Of a DNA stretch of 22,329 nt, positions 10,748 to 20,882 are shown in pieces. Below the pieces are notes generated by a model. It made no database searches. It was not told the origin of the DNA and was given only the letters and a program-made list of their open reading frames with translations. Every line of letters starts with the position of its first letter. Position 1 is the first letter of the stretch. Source of the DNA: Dictyostelium purpureum (lineage: Eukaryota); the NCBI RefSeq assembly GCF_000190715.1, contig NW_003519425.1, forward strand, positions 1 to 22,329, read 5' to 3'. Made by a program: the position numbers and the translations under genes.

Positions 10748-11964
10748 ATGGCAACCAATCAACCATACAGAAATAAAATAGAAACTATGAGTGCCCAAGT
10801 AGTTGATAGTAATCCTTATTCAAGGTTAATGGCACTAAAAAAAATGGGTATAGTTAATAATTACGAGGTATAATACAATGATCATATAAAGCCATAATAT
10901 AATTATACTAAATTAATAATATTTATTTATAGGAAATTAGAAATTACACAGTTATGATAATTGGGCTTGGAGGTATTGGTAGTGTTGTAGCAGAAATGTT
11001 AACAAGATGTGGTATTGGTAAATTAATATTGATAGATTATGATACTGTAGAGATTGCAAATATGAATCGTTTATTTTTTAGACCAGAACAAGCAGGAAAA
11101 ACTAAAACAGCAGCAGCAAAAGAAACATTAGAGTTAATTAACCCAGATGTAGAGTTTGAAACTTACAATTACAATATCACTACAATGGATAACTTTGAAC
11201 ATTTTAAAGAGAGAATAGAAAAAGGTGGTTTACAAAAAGACACTTCAGTATCACTAGTTTTAGGATGTGTGGATAACTTTGAGGCACGTACAGCAATCAA
11301 TCAAGCATGTCTAGAACTATCAAAGTGTTGGATGGAGTCTGGAGTATCAGAAAATGCTATTTCAGGACACATTCAATTTATTAAACCAGGTGAAACTGCA
11401 TGCTTTCAATGTGTGCCTCCATTGATCGTGGCAAGTGGTATTGACGAACGTACCTTAAAGCGTGAAGGCGTATGCGCTGCATCATTACCAACAACTATGG
11501 GTATTGTCGCTGGAATGTTAACTCAAAACACTCTAAAGCATTTATTAGGTTTTGGCGAAGTCTCTTCATTATTGGGCTATAATGCTTTACTAGATTACTT
11601 CCCAAAGGATACCATCAGACCAAACCCAGAATGTACAAATCAATATTGCATCAAGCTTCAATTATCTTACAAAGAATATTTAAAAAACAACCCTACACCA
11701 GTAACACCAACACCAATAGTCGAACAAATCAAACCATCAACTGAAAATGAATGGGGTATTGAATTAGTAGAAGATGAAAATATAGATATCAATAAATTAA
11801 ATGAAAATATTTTGAACAATAATAATAAACCTTCAGGTGACTCCTCATTCGAATTCTCATATGACAAAAAACCAACTGTACAGATCAATAACGAAAATAC
11901 CGTCAAAGTAGACACAAATACAAACCTTAATGATTTAATGAACCAATTAAAAAATTTAAAATAA
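10748..11964 (+). CDS. uba5: Ubiquitin-like modifier-activating enzyme 5 (UFM1 E1), 2 exons: join(10748..10867,10933..11964)
   Basis: Exon 1 [40 protein letters not shown] matches human UBA5 (..[27 protein letters not shown]). The donor is gag|gtataa at 10868 and the acceptor is tttatag at 10932. Exon 2 [49 protein letters not shown]...[66 protein letters not shown]...EWGIELV is near-identical in its conserved blocks to human UBA5, including the C-terminal UFM1/UFC1-interaction region. Stop at 11962-11964. Confidence 0.92.
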
Positions 11965-12902
11965 ATGTATACATTGCCAAAGTGGATTAATTTATTTTTT
12001 TTTTATTTTTTAACTAATCAAAAAAAAAAATATCTTTTAATTTTTTTTAAAACAATGCATATAAATTTTTTAATTTTTTAATTTTTTTAATTAATCTTTA
12101 TGCTACGTGGTCAAAATGAACAATTATTTCTTATTGATCTTAGGAATATGTTTCCTATTTTTTTACGTTACTTAAGTTTTCTTTAAAATATCAGAATGTC
12201 TAAAAATACATCTCAAAGATTTCATTGTAAACAAATAAAAAAAAAATTAAAAAATTAAAAAAAATTAAAAAAAAAAAAAATTAAAAAATAACGAATTTTA
12301 CTGTTTTTCCATCATAAACAACACTCATATAATCAGTTTTCAAATAATAAAAAACAAAAAAATAAAAAAATAAAAAATAAATTGAAAAAAAAAAAAAACA
12401 TTAGTTTTCAAAACAAACTTTTTTTATACATATTATATACACATAAAATAATTATAATTCATAAAAAAAGATAATTATTTATTTTAAAATTTTTTTTTAA
12501 ATTTTATTAAAATTTTTTTTTTTTTCATTTATTATTATTGTTTTTGTGTGGGGTGTATACTGCAAAAGAAATAGTGTTTTTTTTAATAAATATAAATTTT
12601 ATTAATTTGTAAAAATAATAATAATAATATAATAAAATTCATATTTTATAATAACCATCGTGAAGTTTAAAGATGTTTTCACAATTTAAAAATAAAATCA
12701 AAGGTATTTATAAATATAAATTAATTTCACAACTTTTTTGAAAAAATAGTATTTAGACGGGTTATAAGGTTATATCCCATTTATGATATTTTTGTATATA
12801 TTAAAAAAAAAAAAAAAAAAAAATATAAATAAATTAATAAATAAATTAATTATTATAATAATAAAATATACTAATCAAACAATATTACAATCATTAATCA
12901 TC

Positions 12903-15900
12903 ATGATGAAATTAAAAAATTATTTAGAAAATGAAAAAATTAATACAATTAGCAAAAAGATTCAAAATAAATTTGGAGAACTCAGTATGAATGGCGCATC
13001 AAACTCGCCTACACAGCCACATAAAGATAGAAATTTTAAATTAACATTTGGAAATCAAATATTTATACCACCACCATTACCAGTATTCGAACCAAATCCA
13101 AATTTATTTAAATCAATAGAGCAGACAGAGTACAGCGAAAATCCATTTTCATTTTATTATGAGGAGTTTCAAGAGGATTTCCCCCAACCAAATTTAACAG
13201 TATCGAGCGAATCAATTCCAAACATAACACCAGAGCCAACAGAAGGTTTACATCCATATGGATTTGGGTATGAATCTTATTCTCAAAGAAGAAATAACTA
13301 TTCACAATTAGCAGATACCAAACCGCACTTTCTTCGTGCTTCAAGCGAGAATCCAATTAGACCCTATGCATCTATACCTGCAAATCAGCGTTGTTTAAGC
13401 AAGAGCGAGGTAATGCAGTGTTTGCAACCATCGCAAGTAGTTTACATATGTGTTACAGATACATCATTTACAAGTCGTGAAAAAAGAGCATTCATGAAAA
13501 AACTCGGACAATTCAGCAATTTAGAGACTTTAATTTTAAAGAGTTGTGGTATTAATGCATTTGCAAATGGTACAAGATTCCCACAATTAAGATTTTGCGA
13601 TCTTTCAAACAATTCAATTCGTAATTCATCTGGTCTTAAAAAGTTAACAAAGTATTCATTAAAGTTGGAGGTACTCAATTTATCGGGAAATCCATTTGCT
13701 GCAGCTTCAGAGGTAGAAAATAAACAACGTCAAAATAGATTATGTTCTCAATTAACCCAATTAGAAAATATATCCAACAAATTAATACCTGTAGATGATC
13801 GTATTACCGCTATTAATTTACATGGTCCAACTAGTAGAAAACAAAATATTGACAAGATAAGATGGGAATTAAATTTAGATAACGTTCCAGAGATTCGTGC
13901 TATGAGACCGATTGCTAGTGGATGGCAACCTGAAGCAATATTACAACTCAACCTTAGTGGGTGTCAATTACGTTATTTCAACGTTGGTCATTTTGTCAAT
14001 TTAAATTCTTTAGATTTATCAGCAAATGGTATTGTCGATATTACAACCAGTGGAATGGAAAAATGTACCTATTTACAATTTGTTAATCTTTCATCGAATC
14101 AGATATCAAGAGTAGAAAGTGTTTATTTATTTGAATTCACACCATCCATTCGTTGTGTTCATTTGCATGGCAACCCATTCTTTTTAAACAGCTATCGTAA
14201 AGAAATCATCTACAGAACAAGAGATTGTATTGGCACCAATAGATCATTAGGTATTCAACAGATCGATCACGAAATGGTCTCTATCGAAGAAAAAGTCTCA
14301 GTAATTAGCCAATTCGAATCAAATAAAAAAACATTGGAAGAAGCTCAATTGATTGCAAATGATTATCGTTGGAAACTATTGATAATAGAGCGTTATGGTC
14401 ATAAACAATTACAAAACATACCAAACTTTTTCCATCACTTCAAGACTTTGGCTTTCCCAAAGAGCTCCCTTATAGGTGTCGAAGTCTCATCTTTTGCAAA
14501 TGTCGAACTCATTGATTTCAGCCAAAATGATCTCATTTCGTTCACCGGTTTAAATCAATTGTATAAATTACGTATATTATATCTTCAAGAGAATCCGCGT
14601 TTAGATACTACATCTGTAATCAAGCAATTGTCACAATTAGAAAATTTGGAAGCAATTAATTTCTCGGTCACTGTCGATGCAAATCATGTACGTTCACCTA
14701 GTAAAGCCAGAGCTTATCGTGACCAATTATTGGCTGCAGTCATACCCAAGAATCGTAAATTTTCATTATTAGATAACACAAGCATTGGCCATTCAGAACG
14801 TGTTCAAGCATACACCAATGCAGGATATTCAGCAGATTTGGTAGAGAAATATAAATTCTTTTTAGCATTAACAGTAAATTGCACATTACCATTCAATCGT
14901 GGTTTATATCCTGATCAAGTCGAAATCGGTCAACAATACAATCCAATGGAAATCATATCACTTCGTAGATTAAGAGATTGGAGTTTATCATCAGATGCAA
15001 TAAATTTCCAATATTTCCAAAATATTGAAGAGATCGATTTAACCAATAATAGACTTACCGATATCACCAACATTGGTCTTCAATCATTAAACAAACTCAC
15101 AAAGCTTTGTGTTATCAATAACCAAATTTCAACACCATTACCAGTTATCGCCCATATTTTGGATCATTTAACTAGTTTAGAAATATTTGCAATTCGTGGA
15201 AATCCAATAATGATGAGCCCATCAGATCGTCTTCAATTGATTGGCCATATGTCAACAATGAAATCACCAAGTAATGATCAACATCTTAAAGTATTAGATA
15301 CTGAAATTACAATTTTCGATAAAGTTGAAGGTTGGAAATTAGTTGGTGCCTCTTTACGTGATGCAGAGCTTTTAAAACTTTCATTCATTGTAAACTTTAA
15401 ATCTCTTGATCTCTATGACCATCAAATGTTAAACTTGGAGCTCTGTGACTGTGCATTAGAATACTTGGATGTAACACCATTTGTAAACCTCAAAACACTA
15501 TTAATCCCAAATAACCGTTTCAGAAATATCAGTAATATTGTTGGTCTCGAAAACCTTAAGGAACTCTTCGCTTTGGATCTAAGAAACAACGAATTAAATT
15601 CTATGAACGATATTAAAAATGTACTTTTACAAATCCCAAATCTTCGTGTTATAGGTCTTATTGGTAATCCACTCTCTAAATTAGCAACAGCTCCATCAGC
15701 AACTTACAATTACCGTCCTAAATTCCTTTCACTCGTATCACCAATTTATCAAAGTCATGGGTACCCATTATCCATTTTAGATTCAACCGAAATTACATGT
15801 GATGAACTTTTGGAAGCTGCAACTCAATCAATGCCAAGTGGTCATAGCGATTATAAAAAAGAGCAACTCTTTAGTATATCATTACTTCGTAAATCATTCT

Positions 15901-16372
15901 CACCAGACTACACAAATCTCACCGAATTGGATCTTTCCTATTGCTCATTAACTTATCTAAACTTTAAGCTTTTACCCAGTTTAATAATTTTATCATTATC
16001 AGATAATTCAATTTCGGATTCAAATATCAAAGATTCAGGTCTTCAAACATTACAAAATCTTAGAGCTTTAGATATAAGAAATAACAAATTAAAGAAATTA
16101 AGTATATTTTGTAAAGTTTTTGATTTATTATCAATCGAAGTAAGTAAAATTATTATTATTTTAAAAAAAAATAAAATTATTAACTAATTTCTTATTTTCC
16201 TTAGACTTTATTCATTGATGAAAATCCTTGTTTCGAAAAAGATACACAAAAAGAAAGAGTTAGATTTTTCAAAAAATTAACCAATTCAAGAATATTAACA
16301 ACCTTTAAATATATGAATGGAGTTCAAGTTACACCAATCGATACAGTACAATTCTCAAAAAAGAAAAAATAA
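12903..16372 (+). CDS. Large leucine-rich-repeat protein with SDS22-like LRRs, about 1150 aa, 2 exons: join(12903..16139,16205..16372)
   Basis: Long ORF with many LxxLxLxxNxI repeats (LETLILKSCGIN, LEVLNLSGNPF, LNSLDLSANGIVDI, LQFVNLSSNQISRV, IEEIDLTNNRLTDITNI, LKELFALDLRNNELNSMNDI, LTELDLSYCSLTYL, LRALDIRNNKLKKL). The track ORF starts at 12783 but runs through an A-homopolymer; the first plausible start is ATGATG at 12903 (MMKLKNYLEN). The consensus donor gaa|gtaagt at 16140 and acceptor ccttag at 16204 add an in-frame tail TLFIDENPCFEKDTQKERVRFFKKLTNSRILTTFKYMNGVQVTPIDTVQFSKKKK* (LRR C-terminal cap-like). The N-terminal boundary is uncertain. Confidence 0.7.
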
Positions 16373-16681
16373 TAATATAGTAACAGGATAATGCAGGTGT
16401 CATTTATATAGAAAAAATAGTGTATATTTGTATAAAAAAAAACAAATAAATAAATAATATTAATTTATGATGTAAATAAAGAAAGAAACCTTTAAAATAC
16501 TAAAAAAAAAAAGTGTTATTTGTTTATAAATTTTTATTTGATTATTTATTTTAATTTAAAAAAAATAATTGGTTAGAAATTTTTTAGTTTGTGAAATCTG
16601 TTGAGGATGCAGCTTCCTGATAATATAAATAAAGTTTTTATTAGTGTATTGTTTATTAGTATTTTTTTTATTTAATTTTTA

Positions 16682-17680
16682 TTATTTTTTATTTATATAT
16701 TTACTTACATTGTTTAATTTAATATCATTTTGAATGGATTCAATTTTAAGATAGGCATATTTAATTGAATCTGGACCTAAAAAGAGGTGAACTGTTGGGT
16801 TTTCAGATAAAGCATGATCAATGATAACTTTGCTACCTTTTTCGGGGTCACCAGCTTGATTACCATTAATTTGATTTGCATGTAAATCTTGAACTTGTCT
16901 AACAGCTGTGTATTCATTAATTGGATTTAATGGAATGGAAACTGAACCTTTTTCAAAGAATGATGTTCTAAAATAACCGGGTTTTACAGATGAAACATGA
17001 ATACCAAATTCCTTTAAATCTGCATTCAAACCCTCGGTTAAACCCTCTAAAGCAAACTTTGTGGATGAATAAATACTGAATGCTGGTGAAGCTCCACTAT
17101 AACCTGCAATACTACTAATATTAATAATTCTTGGACCATTTGCAAAGAACTATAAAAATAATTAATATTAGGGAATACTCTTTGTATTTAATATATAAAT
17201 TTACTTACTTTGTTTTTACGAAGATAAGGGATAGCATGACGAATTACAGAGATAACACCAAACAAGTTACATTCATAGTTATCTCTGACTTCTTTATCAC
17301 TTAATTCTTCAATGGTACCACATTGAACATATCCAGCATTATTAATGATAACATCAATACGAGAAAATTTAGAAATGGTATGTTCAATTGATTTTTTAAC
17401 AGATTCATCAGATGTAAGATCTACTTGTAATGCTATAAAGTTTTCTTCTGTGATAAGTTTACTGTTTACAGCTATTTAAAAGTTAATGTTAGCTTTTATT
17501 TGAATTTAGAGATAAAGATAAATTAAAATAATTACCTTTAATTAATTGCTCTTTTGTTCTTGAAGTTGCAGCAACATTAAAACCTCTTTCAAGTAATTGG
17601 TTGGTTAAAGATAATCCAAAGCCTTTTGAAGCACCAGTAACGTAAAATACTTTTTGATCTTTTTGATACATTTTTGACAA
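16682..17680 (-). CDS. Short-chain dehydrogenase/reductase (SDR family), 3 exons: join(17680..17536,17471..17209,17149..16682)
   Basis: Exon 1 MSKMYQKDQKVFYVTGASKGFGLSLTNQLLERGFNVAATSRTKEQLIK carries the TGxxxGxG Rossmann motif; its donor is g|gtaatt at 17535. Exon 2 (acceptor ttaaatag at 17472) encodes AVNSKLITEENFIALQVDLTSDESVKKSIEHTISKFSRIDVIINNAGY...RHAIPYLRKNK with the NNAG motif; its donor is gtaagt at 17208. Exon 3 (acceptor tttatag at 17150) encodes FFANGPRIINISSIAGYSGASPAFSIYSSTKFALEGLTEGLNADLKEFGIHVSSVKPGYFRT... with the catalytic S...YxxxK and PG motifs. The terminal boundary is ambiguous; see findings. Confidence 0.8.
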
Positions 17681-18468
17681 TATACGAATAATAATATATT
17701 ATTTATTATTTTTTTTAAAATAAATAAAAATACTTTTTTATTTATACTTTTTTTTTTTTTTTTTTTTTTTTTATTTTATTATTTTTATAATTATTTTTTA
17801 TAATTATTTTTTTTTTTTTTAAAAAAAATCAATTTAAAATACCAAGGGTTTGGCTTATATCTTTTCATATTTTAAAGATAGTTCCAAAGAATATATCCCA
17901 TATTAAAATATAAATTGGTTGTCTAAAAAATATTGGGAAAAAAATGGGAAGAAACCATGGGCAAAATAAAAATAAAATTTTTTTTTTAAAAATAAAAAAA
18001 AAAAATTGGATAAAAAAATTTCCCAAAATGGTTTAATTTGATGCCATTTTACCTGTCACAATTTTTTTTAAATATTAATTTAAATATTATATTTTTTTTT
18101 TCATATTGATTAAAAAAAAAGAAAAATATATTTTTTTTAAAATATAAAATAAATAAAAGATATCCATTTTAATTTATCTATTTGATGGCCTTTAAACTTT
18201 ACCTTTAAAACTATTTTATAAATTTTTTTGAGTTTATGCATAAACTATAAATTACTTTAATTAATTATTTTTTTAATTTTAATTTTTTTCTTTTTTTTTG
18301 GATTTAAAGCCACATTTTTTTATTTTTAATCTAAAATATTATTATTTTATTTGTTATTTTTAAATTTTTTTTGGAATTACTAAAAAAAAGAAAAAAAAAA
18401 CATATAAAATTAAAATTTTTTTATGTTTTTATAAATAAGGGATAAAAAGTATTATTTGGTTCTGAAGT

Positions 18469-19110
18469 TTGTTTGGGTATCGTTTCTACTTATTATTAAT
18501 GCATTTTATTAAAAAATGTTATAAAGTGCAACATGCACAACTAAGGCATGAGGTGACCAACTTAGCAAAAGGGAGAATTCTTAATTTTTACTATTAATTT
18601 GAACTCCTACTTAATATATTTAAACCTTATGGGGGTCATAATCAACAAATGTAATGAATCGACAGTCTATATCTTTAAGTAAAAATGTATTTTATAACTG
18701 CTTTTTAATAACTGCCAATTCCAGTATTTTGTAACTGCTTTTTAAATAATAACTACCAATGCCAGTATTTCAACTACTTAAGAATTAGCTTCTAGAACTA
18801 ATATCATTCAGTATAAATACATCAAGTCCTCAGTCTAAAACTTAAGAGTTTCTTAGTTAGTTTATTTTAGTTAGTTATATATATATATGTTTAAACAAGT
18901 AATAAAGATAAATAATAAATAAAGTATATTTCAGTGTTCTCATAATTGTTTTAAGTGTTTTTAAGTAATTTAAGTGTTTTAGTGTTTATTATTTAGTTTG
19001 TGTTAATATATTTTATTGCGTCTCCATAAGTGTTTATTTTAGAGTTTACTATATTTTCGTTAAGTATTTTAGTTGTGTAACTTAGTCATAATCATATACC
19101 TTTTCATTAC
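18469..19110. mobile_element. Retroelement-derived block (solo-LTR-like, TG...CA bounded, internal TATA box) immediately upstream of the tRNA-Pro gene
   Basis: A ~640-bp segment with composition unlike the surrounding A/T homopolymer spacers. It begins tgtttggg and ends cattaca. It contains tataaatacatcaagtcctcagtc (TATA plus initiator-like), a ~40-bp tandem duplication (taactgctttttaataactgccaattccagtatttt / taactgctttttaaataataactaccaatgccagtattt), an (AT)n stretch, and repeated gtgttttag / gtgtttatt motifs. It ends less than 20 bp before the tRNA 5' end. In this genome DGLT-A and TRE5 elements target the region upstream of tRNA genes. Assignment to a specific family cannot be made without a search. 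Confidence 0.45.
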
Positions 19111-19127
19111 ACAAAAAATATAAAAAA

Positions 19128-19198
19128 GGGAAATTAGTTAAGTGGTATAATGCTACCTTTGGGTGGTAGCGTCCTGAGTTCGATTCTCGGATTTCCCC
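19128..19198 (+). tRNA. tRNA-Pro (anticodon UGG)
   Basis: Hand-folded cloverleaf. Acceptor GGGAAAT pairs with ATTTCCC. D-arm is GTTA/AGTGGTA/TAAT. Anticodon stem CTACC/GGTAG has loop TTTGGGT with T33, anticodon TGG and G37. Variable loop CGTC. T-arm is CTGAG/TTCGATT/CTCGG with the canonical GTTCGATTC B-box. Discriminator is C; CCA is not encoded. Confidence 0.9.
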
Positions 19199-19233
19199 AC
19201 TAAATTTTTTTATTTTTTATTTTTTTTAAAAAA

Positions 19234-19334
19234 ATAGGACTTCATCTTTTGCCACGAAATTAGTGACTACAGCCCACCGCTCCAGGTTTTCTTTTCCTCT
19301 TCACTTTTCTTGGATACCAGTACAATAACCAAGA

Positions 19335-19366
<32 letters not shown>

Positions 19367-19368
19367 CA
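19234..19368 (+). mobile_element. 5'-truncated non-LTR retrotransposon 3' end (TRE-like) with a 26-nt poly(A) tail, 36 bp downstream of tRNA-Pro
   Basis: A relatively GC-rich unique segment ggacttcatcttttgccacgaaattagtgactacagcccaccgctccaggttttcttttcctcttcacttttcttggataccagtacaataaccaag is followed by tttttt and A26 (19343-19368). This is the arrangement of the 3' module plus tail of the tRNA-gene-targeted TRE elements of this genome, located downstream of a tRNA gene. Confidence 0.45.
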
Positions 19369-19374
19369 ATAACC

Positions 19375-19765
19375 ACTATACTTTAGTGTTAACATCTTAT
19401 AAAATCAAATGGTTGTTTGATAGTTGATTTAATATCCTAGATTTTGCTTTCAATACCAAACTTAAAATAGGGACTACTAAGTATTTTCCTCATCTAATAT
19501 TATTCAATGTTCTACCATATTTACATGGCCAGAGAAAATTTGATAGATTAATGTTAATAAAATATTTGATTAGATTCAAAAATTTCATAAGAGTAAACTT
19601 GATTAATTCATTTTAAGTTGGTTTAATAAAAGCTAAATCCTTGTTATTATTAATACCATTTTATTTCTATATTCAAGTTAAATATTGTTATTATTACTAA
19701 AATATTGAATGTTTTGATTCTTTATTCTAGTAAAATATATTATTATTTTTTTTTTTTTTTTTTTT
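19375..19765. repeat. Non-coding, moderately complex block of possible degenerate repeat origin, ending in T25
   Basis: About 390 bp lacking ORFs in any frame but with composition unlike A/T homopolymer spacers. It ends in a T25 run (19741-19765) and continues the repeat-rich tRNA neighbourhood. Family cannot be assigned. Confidence 0.25.
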
Positions 19766-20289
19766 AAAATTTACTACTGATTAACTTAATTTATTTCTAT
19801 CCTTTATCAATTATAATTATTATAAACTTAAAAATTATATTTGTTATTAATTTAAGTTAATGCTTTAAAATTTCTATTTTACTTGTACAGTTAGTTGCAT
19901 AAATTTTGCAACACACATATTATTTTTGCAATTTATATAATAAAACTTTATGGTTTAAATTTTGGATTTTCGGAGTAACATAAATAAAAATCATTTAATC
20001 TATACTTAAATAAAATATATTTAAAAGGTTGTAAGAAAAAAAAAATAATATTTTTTTTTATTTTTTTTTTATTATTATTATTTCTATGTTGCAAAATTTT
20101 AGAATAAAGATTTTGAGTAAAGGTTTTTTTGAAATTTTTTTATAAAAAAATTTGTAGTTATTATAGTTTATTAATATTTAGTGAATTCACCTCTATTTTG
20201 AATTATTTTATTTATTCTGGTTGAAATTGATTCATTTAATTTATTTAAAATTGTATTGTGTGATGTAAAAAAAAAATATAAATAAAAAA

Positions 20290-20570
20290 ATTTGAAAGAA
20301 ATGGTTATTGGCATCATATAAAGTAATTGGGTTACACCTTGGTTAATGTAATATTGGGCTTGGTTGCTGTGATAATAATTTTTCTAAAATAAAAATAATA
20401 ATAAAAACAATATTAATAAATAGTTTAATTAGTTACTAAAAATAAATATATTTACCTATTTTTTATTATTGGTTTTTGGTACTGGGCCATTAGATGAATA
20501 TGATACACCTTTTTTATCACATAAATATATATAATTACCTGTTTGTTGGGTTCGCTTGAATTTTAATTAA
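20290..20570. other. Cluster of three short GC-richer islands of unknown nature in an intergenic AT desert
   Basis: Islands at about 20296-20375, 20470-20515 and 20540-20570 are conspicuously less AT-rich than their flanks. On the minus strand they are separable by gtaatt...aaaaaag and gtaaat...ttttag intron-like spacers, and one contains ctaATGgcccagtacc. No complete reading frame with a start and stop could be assembled, and no convincing snRNA or snoRNA fold or boxes were found. Confidence 0.2.
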
Positions 20571-20882
20571 TACTTTTTCTATTGATCATATAAAATTATT
20601 ATTTTTTTTCAATTACAAAAATAAAAAAAAAAAAATAAAAAAGGGTTTTTTTTCATAATAATTATATTTTATTTCTTATTGAACTTCTAAAGTATAACAA
20701 TTGTTTTTTTATTTTTTTAAAATTTAATAAATTATAATTTTTAAATTTTAATTTTTAAATTTTAATTTTTTTTTTTTTAAAAATTTATTTAAATTTTTTT
20801 TTTTCTTCATACTCACACCCACACATTTTTTTAGAGCCAATTTTTCACAACCATATTACATTAAAAAAAAAAAAAAGTAAAA

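Noticed and set aside
11667-11915. 82-aa minus-strand ORF
   Set aside because: It is antisense to UBA5 exon 2.
12783-12902. Upstream extension of the LRR ORF ([28 protein letters not shown]...)
   Set aside because: It translates an A21 homopolymer and AT-rich spacer typical of a promoter or 5' UTR. The first credible start is ATGATG at 12903.
13108-13951. Three minus-strand ORFs (13108..13356, 13442..13678, 13748..13951)
   Set aside because: They are antisense to the LRR coding region.
20470-20520. U6 snRNA-like similarity (ggccattagatgaatatgatac versus the reverse complement of the U6 core)
   Set aside because: The similarity is patchy. The invariant ACAGAGA and AGC boxes are absent in either orientation.
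20531-20600. U1 snRNA gene suggested by 5' ataattacctg
   Set aside because: Only the first ~11 nt resemble U1. There is no stem-loop I/II, U1-70K loop or Sm-site equivalent downstream, and the downstream sequence is AT-rich and unstructured.
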